Below are positions 59,401 through 64,000 of a stretch of DNA of 64,000 nucleotides, piece after piece. Both the position numbers and the translations under genes were made by a program. The notes under the pieces were generated by a model that saw only the letters and a list, made by a program, of their open reading frames with translations, was not told where the DNA came from and searched no databases. This DNA comes from Macrostomum hystrix. Its lineage: Eukaryota; Animalia; Platyhelminthes. The stretch lies in contig CATNEN010000001.1 in NCBI GenBank assembly GCA_950097015.1, positions 25,482,001 through 25,546,000 on the forward strand. Reading direction: 5' to 3'. Each line of letters starts with the position of its first letter. Positions within the stretch are counted from its first letter, which is position 1.

Positions 59401-62058
59401 ACTCGCCTTTGCAGGAGAAGGCAGAGCGAGAGGAACTGGAGCGGCTGGCCAGGGCGGGCGACTCGGCGGGGCTGCGGCGAGCGGCGACCCGCGGCAACTG
59501 CGACCTGCCGAACAGGGTGGGTCAGACAGCGTTAATGCGGGCAGTTGAGAACATCCAGTGCGCTGACGGGGCTCTGTGGCAGCATCTGCATCAGCTCGGG
59601 GACCCCACCTGTGCTGGTGTGTATGCTCACAGTAGCCTGCACAGGGCAGCCGGGACTGGCAATTCTGCCGCAGTCTCCCAGCTGCTCCATGCCGGAGCCT
59701 CCGCCAACACCAGGGATTGTATTGAATTCACTCCCCTCATGTGCGCAGCCTGGTTTGCACCCCCCGCCACCGCTGCCGCAGTCGGTCGGGCTCTGCTGGC
59801 CGCAGGGTCGGACTGGAGCCTGAAGAACAAAGATGGCAAGACTGCACTGGATTTGGCCACAGAGAATAGACAGAGCGAACTGGCCGAGCTGCTGCGTGGG
59901 TGAGTTGCCATGGCGACTGAGAATGTCTCTCATCTTGCATTATCGCACTGAGTGGGTGCAGGTCGCAGTGTTTCACTGATCAGAGTCAAAGTGGGTTGCA
60001 ATTTTAGCCAAAATATTTTCTGTCCAATCAGAGTTTTGCCCGCCTCTGCCACTCAAGCAGTTTTGCAGTGCCGTAAATAATAGCATTAATATTATCAGTG
60101 GGAATAAAGCTTTCCATTTGCTGCTTTTTATAGGTGAAAATGCGCACTGCGTACCGTGCGGGCCGCTCTGACAAAGCCCAATTTTCAGTGCGCAATTCAG
60201 AGTTTGTGCAGTCCGAAGCAACTTCTGCTTTCGACGCTGTGGAAATTGGGGCTTGTGAAACGGCTGAGCATCGCTTCTGGAGGGGTGGGCGTGCGGGCGC
60301 TCTCCCATTGGCTGGCGGACTCCCCGCCACGTCTCTCCCATTGGCTGGGGGCCTCCGCCAGTCAGTTTTAGCGCTTCTGCGCCATTTCAGCCTAGCTGTT
60401 GCGCTGCTATTGCTGGAAAACTGACACAGCTGAGCTAAAATGCACAGTTTAGTCACAGTTTGCTGCTACTTGAACTGTTAATTGGCATTGGCATTAATTA
60501 CTGCAGTGCCTTCAGCAAACACAAGCAAAGGACAGGACACACTCAGGACAAACACAAGTCAGCAATCAGACGCAGACTAAAGTGCATTGAATGAAAAACA
60601 GTCTGGCTGACTGTGGCTCACTTGGCGCAAGTGACGGCCTACAGGGTGGCTGTTAAGAAGAGGCCACCCACAGAGTGGGGGTCGAGGGCCGCACAGGCAA
60701 ATGAAAATGTGCGGAGAGGCCCCCAGCGAAGGCAGGGACTGTGGAGTGGGGTGGGTGGCGCCGCCTCTCTGCCCCCTCGCCACCTCTCTGCCCCTCTGTC
60801 CCTTTAACCGCAGTTTCGCACAGGGCAGACAGGATGCTGAAATTTCAGTGTCTAACGCATGCAGCACAGCAGGGGTCCACTGTTCTCATGCAGAATGCTG
60901 CAGATTCACTGCCTCATCTGCCTCATATTATACAAATTACTCGTTGACAATCTCCATTTCCACTAACCAATGCCCATGCAGGTACGAAGGCAAGGAGTAC
61001 TTTGAAATACCACCACCGTGAGTACATACATTGCTGCTGCTTTTGTTGCATTTCTGCTCTCTGCAATCTGCAGCTCTTCTGCCCACCTGCCGCTTGCTTT
61101 CATCAGCCACTTCAACTTCCTCAGGCTGCTTATTGAACGTTGGGATTCCGTCAAGCTCATCGGCAGGGGAGGCTTCGGCGATGTCCACGAAGTGCTCACG
61201 GACACGGGCATCAGGTGCGCTGCGAAGACTCTCAGACTGCCAGTGCAGCTCGGCGACCTGGAGCCTTCAAAGAGAAAGGTGATCGACAAGTTTATTGAAG
61301 GCGAGAAGAACCTGTGCCAGCTGCGGCACCCCAACATCGTCAGCTTCTTGCACATCGCTCAGCCTGAGTATGCGACAGTTGTTGTGTTCATGGAGCTGCT
61401 GGATGGCTGCAGCCTGGAGAGATTTCTCGACTCCAAGCCGCTGGGCGAAGAAGCCATTCGAGAGTTCAGCGAGCAGGTGAAATTTGAGCAGCCTGCTCAT
61501 GAGTGATGCAGTGAGTTGACTTTTTAGCGTCAGCCGACACCAGTTCCTCAACCCACGCACCTGCAGATCTGCAGCGCGCTGCACTACCTGCACAGCCGAC
61601 AGCCGCCCGTGATCCACAGAGACATCAACTGCAGCAACATCATTGTGCTCAGTGACAACAGGCGAGTCAAGCTGATCGACTTCGGCCTGTCAATCAAGCT
61701 GGAGCAGTCTGTCAGCCACCTCACAGCCTCCACTGCCACACCGAAGGGCACTCTGAACTTCATGGCGCCAGAGCTGCTGGCACCAGACGATGAAGGCCAC
61801 CCGCGGTACAGCAGAGAGTCGGACATCTGGGCGTTCGGCTGCTCAGTCTTCCAGATGGCCACTGGAGGCAGGCCCTACTCAAACTGCAGACACTTTGTCT
61901 ACGTGGCTCAGAAGCTGGAGAAGGACGGAGCCCCCGCCCTGCCTGCCGGCTGCTCGGCGGAGCTGCGGGACTTCTACAGCCGCTGCACCGCCCGAGACCG
62001 CAAGGAGAGAAAGTCAGCAGAGGAGCTGTGCCTTCACGGCTTCCTGCTGCGACGGTGA
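53476..62058 (+). CDS. Ankyrin-repeat + Ser/Thr protein kinase, copy 2 (~654 aa); exons 53476-53505, 53584-54098, 54676-54730, 59415-59899, 60982-61017, 61125-61476, 61567-62058
   Basis: Same exon structure as copy 1; GT-AG introns; 1965-nt open frame; all indels versus copy 1 are in frame. Confidence 0.82.
53584..54098 (+). CDS. Ankyrin-repeat exon 2 of ANK-kinase copy 2
   Basis: Ankyrin motifs and splice sites. Confidence 0.85.
54767..59372 (+). mobile_element. Full-length Ty3/Gypsy (Mag-like) LTR retrotransposon 2, in intron 3 of copy 2
   Basis: 185-bp LTRs at 54767-54951 and 59188-59372, identical by eye; 5-bp TSD CAGAT; PBS-like TGGCATCGCAAGCA; PPT GAAGGGGGAGAGA; the empty site is in the copy 1 intron 31683-31755. 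Confidence 0.95.
54985..58968 (+). CDS. Gag-Pol polyprotein (1327 aa)
   Basis: CNRCGRPGH/CRKCGKPGHFARAC, IDSGA, IHDD, VDAG...EKEAL, HQGH...CRSC, VTDNG, ANGMTER. Confidence 0.93.
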   Translation: MTEQISLAPPGQFVIDSDCHSTAQRWTAWARRFATYINAAGIHDAKRGQHLLLYAAGEELQTIVEENEIDAGEDYSSLAKNIQEFWDGKNSIVFLRFKFETCRQQQGETIDQWYQRLRKAAEPCEFGAIKDSLIRDKIVAYCDSERLRRDFLQSKDITLTDVLRKARAKEAAEQQASAMENGRPGEPQQQLAAIRRAEQPPGPQVRCNRCGRPGHSTCAAAQGKSCRKCGKPGHFARACRSRQEAPQSNSNAVAMVQGETSYERVDDPDTGIFKVDQEEQSAHTVAEINGTRLSVLIDSGAARNVINRATFESLKQRPRLQAASDRLFAYGSDRPMQLIGKAAMSIRLFGRRAVATFHVVEGRGITIIGRQTATQMEILRIGPPPTVDHQVLQVAEAEAAVDSLLGNTRSSGMPQDALGRILRKYSSVLSGIGCFTGPPVSIHLTDNARPVCHAPSKVPIHLAEAVDKELQLLEQLGIIEPVDGPVPWVARMVVVPKKEPGEVRITQDLRDVNRYVIRERHQIPTFEEVTGDMAGSTVFSELDIAKAFYQVPVAEECRNLLTFSTPRGLRRLTRLCMGLSTSQEILQSVMCRVLAGLPNVKWIHDDVVVFGRTMAEHNSSLEACLARLAQHGITLNARKCRLARSSIEFMGMRLTAEGVQATESKVAAVQEFKEPETISQLRSFLGLVNYLAVFTPQLAKVAEPLRRLTRKNTDWQWGADQASAFAQLKRSIAEPTTLAFYDKRLRTQLIVDAGPTGLGAILAQVQHDGSSRPVAYASRTLSDVERRYSQTEKEALAVKFGCLKFEYYLYGSPEFTVISDHKPLTAMYAPGSRPPPRVERMALRIQHLVFKVEYQPGASNAADILSRQPLNAEGSRTSEQLREAYINEVAQAAVPKALTLEDIRKSSASDPVIRAAIAAMQGGQWDRSSAEMRSLHALREELSAVDGVLLRHQRIVVPAALRQQMLELAHQGHQCSQKTTARLSSKVWWPRMATQAQEFVSRCRSCAITSHTPAVRATPLQPTPIPKGAWLSIGADFVGPINNNMLLVCVDRYSRFPEVQLMQTTTAEALVPRLREIFARFGIPQELVTDNGPPFSSKEFGRFLESYGIKHRLITPYYPAANGMTERLNRSINKVVRAAIEERRDWRAALDEWLLAYRNTPHTATGRAPAELLMGRRPNDVIPAARPSQRVRINEQRLREMDASAKAAMKQRADARRRPRRHEIQVGDSVLRRRVGASKTQTPFESGAWTVQRVAGNSLMLRRDGAACWRHCTAVKVVTPESDDAGARPQAAAPETPGEAARNPAESPVALRPHPRAARGGVKIYKD
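59415..59899 (+). CDS. Ankyrin-repeat exon 4 of ANK-kinase copy 2
   Basis: Ankyrin motifs and splice sites. Confidence 0.85.
61125..62058 (+). CDS. Ser/Thr kinase domain exons of copy 2 (intron 61477-61566)
   Basis: Canonical kinase subdomains. Confidence 0.9.
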
Positions 62059-62227
62059 CCAAGCTGGCAGACAGACTGGCTGACACTGATAGACCCCCTC
62101 ACATTTGTAAACTTCTGAACTTACTTCAGCAGTGTAATTATTTGCTGTTTAATTTTTCCCAACGGATTTAATGCTCATTCATGAGCTGCTCCAATCCCTA
62201 CTCGCTATGGTTTAATACTGGATAACC

Positions 62228-62450
62228 TGTGACCATCCTGCATGACTCTTGCATGACCATCCTGCATGACTCTTGTATGACCATCCTGCATGACTCTTGT
62301 ATGACCATCCTGCATGACTCTTGCATGACCATCCTGCATGACTCTTGTATGACCATCCTGCATGACTCTTGTATGACCTTCCTGCATGACTCTTGTATGA
62401 CCTTCCTGCATGACTCTTGCATGACCTTCCTGCATGACTCTTGTATGACC
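62228..62450. repeat. 24-bp tandem repeat CATGACTCTTGTATGACCATCCTG
   Basis: About 9 units; a shorter degenerate counterpart lies at 41635-41730. Confidence 0.88.
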
Positions 62451-63089
62451 AGCTCGTTTGGCTTTAATGACCAGCTGCTCACATGATTGCCCAGATTCTT
62501 GCAGTTTCGCATTGTCCATCAGTTTAATTTGTCAGTGAAACACGAAACTGATGTGTTTATTACTACAGTTACTATTAGTAAACAGCCATAATATACCCAG
62601 CTTACTGTGCCAAGACAATTTTGAAACTTTTCCATTCCTCCTTGCTTTGTTGCATTCTCCGGCAGGGCAGGGGGTGGGCGGCTGCCTGGAGCCAAGCACA
62701 ATGGGACAGAAGGTGCGGGTCAGCCTGAGCAGCTGCTCAGGGCTCGGTGAGACAGAAGAGCAACAATTATCAGATGAGCACTCTCTGTACTCACTCTGAG
62801 CACCTACACTCACGGTCCTCACCTCATTGAACGAGAGACCGCAAAATTTATTATATTATTATATTTCCTATCAATCGCCAGATAGCAACTGGCTGAGCAC
62901 ACGAGAAAGCCAAGCAATGAGCTGTGACTGCCCAAGTCGCTCATCTCAGAAATATTTTCTATGAAATCTCTCTGGAATGCGTAAGAGGCTCATTGTACCT
63001 AATGCAGCTCTACTGCTCAGCCTTCACCCCTGTCTGCTCAGAGCTCCTACTTGAGTTCTAGTTTTGTCTCTCAGTCCGATTAGGAACGG

Positions 63090-63422
63090 TTGAGGGAATG
63101 GGGATCGAGTTAAGCGAATGGGGATCGAGTTGAGGGAATGGGGATCGAGTTGAGGGAATGGGGATCGAGTTGAGTGAATGGGGATCGAGTTGAGGGAATG
63201 GGGATCGAGTTGAGTGAATGGGGATCGAGTTGAGGGAATGGGGATCGAGTTGAGGAAATGGGGATCGTTTTGAGGAAATGGGGATCGAGTTGAGGAAATG
63301 GGGATCGTTTTGAGGAAATGGGGATCGAGTTGAGGAAAAGGGGATCGAGTTGAGGAAATGGGGATCGTTTTGAGGAAATGGGGATCGAGTTGAGTGAATG
63401 GGGATCGAGTTGAGGAAATGGG
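63090..63422. repeat. 20-bp minisatellite GG(G/A)AATGGGGATCGAGTTGA
   Basis: Same family as 2655-4055. Confidence 0.9.
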
Positions 63423-63424
63423 GA

Positions 63425-63787
63425 ATAATAAAAATAATTGCAGGAGGGCTGCGGGCAATGACACATAGTTTGGTGACACTAGACCCGCAGCCAGCGAGGA
63501 GGCAATTCTGCCCATTTCGCTGACTCCTGAGCACACACGCACACAGATACTGTACGCAGGCATACGCTCACACAGCTGTGTACATCTGCCCTGACTTTCT
63601 CATCGTCAGGCAGTGTACACTCGAACTGTGCCTTGGAGGTTGGCCCTCAAGGGCGTAAATTGCACGACAAGCCCCGAAGCCTTCTCTCCGCGGCTGCGCC
63701 CCAAATAAATGTGGCCTCGCCGTGGAATCGAACTTAGGGACTGTGGTGCGAGAGGCAAACGCGTTAACCGCTCTGCCACCGACCCCC
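63425..63787 (-). mobile_element. Probable tRNA-derived SINE inserted in the satellite
   Basis: Minus-strand head GGGGTCGGTGGCAGAGCGGTTAACGCG...GTTCGATTCC (A and B boxes; stems broken) at 63786-63712. A T-rich/(TTA) tail lies near 63425. The body matches 33150-33196 plus 39553-39568. Confidence 0.6.
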
Positions 63788-64000
63788 GAGGAAATGGGGA
63801 TCGTTTTGAGGAAATGGGGATCGAGTTGAGGAAAAGGGGATCGAGTTGAGGAAATGGGGATCGTTTTGAGGAAATGGGGATCGAGTTGAGTGAATGGGGA
63901 TCGAGTTGAGGGAATGGGGATCGAGTTGAGGAAACTGGGATCGAGTTGAGGGAATGGGGATCGAGTTGAGGAAACTGGGATCGAGTTGAGGAAATGGGGA
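63788..64000. repeat. 20-bp minisatellite continuing to the window end
   Basis: Tandem units. Confidence 0.9.

Larger units (their letters stand above)
47019..62755 (+). repeat. Second copy of a tandem segmental duplication of ~20518-42033
   Basis: Collinear blocks: 20518-23510 = 47019-50130; ~29130-33095 = ~52175-60757 (plus Gypsy 2); ~39990-41065 = ~60930-62005; ~41930-42033 = ~62640-62755. Confidence 0.9.

Noticed and set aside
63712-63786. Possible tRNA gene
   Set aside because: A/B boxes are present but the acceptor, anticodon and T stems do not pair; better explained as a SINE head.

Overview
Eukaryotic (metazoan) DNA with spliceosomal introns and many 18-63 bp minisatellites. The style is consistent with a flatworm such as Macrostomum, but that is inference and unverified. 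The window is a patchwork tandem segmental duplication (about 20.5-42.0 kb repeated at about 47.0-62.75 kb). It carries two intact 7-exon paralogues of an ankyrin-repeat + Ser/Thr kinase gene (667 and 654 aa). Their ankyrin exons are far more divergent than the adjacent introns, with replacements clustered at the ankyrin target-binding positions, which makes this a candidate diversifying immune/recognition receptor-kinase family. Other genes: a U-shaped/FOG-like zinc-finger gene with a PR/SET-like remnant and an in-frame TAG, plus a 3' fragment copy. Mobile elements: a 9.4 kb foldback-type element carrying a spliced orphan gene and a solo LTR; two complete Mag-like Gypsy elements with identical LTRs; a deleted THAP/P-type DNA transposon; a Helitron with a nested hAT MITE; and two tRNA-derived SINEs. 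Most long ORFs in the track are satellite artefacts. All alignments and counts were done by eye.
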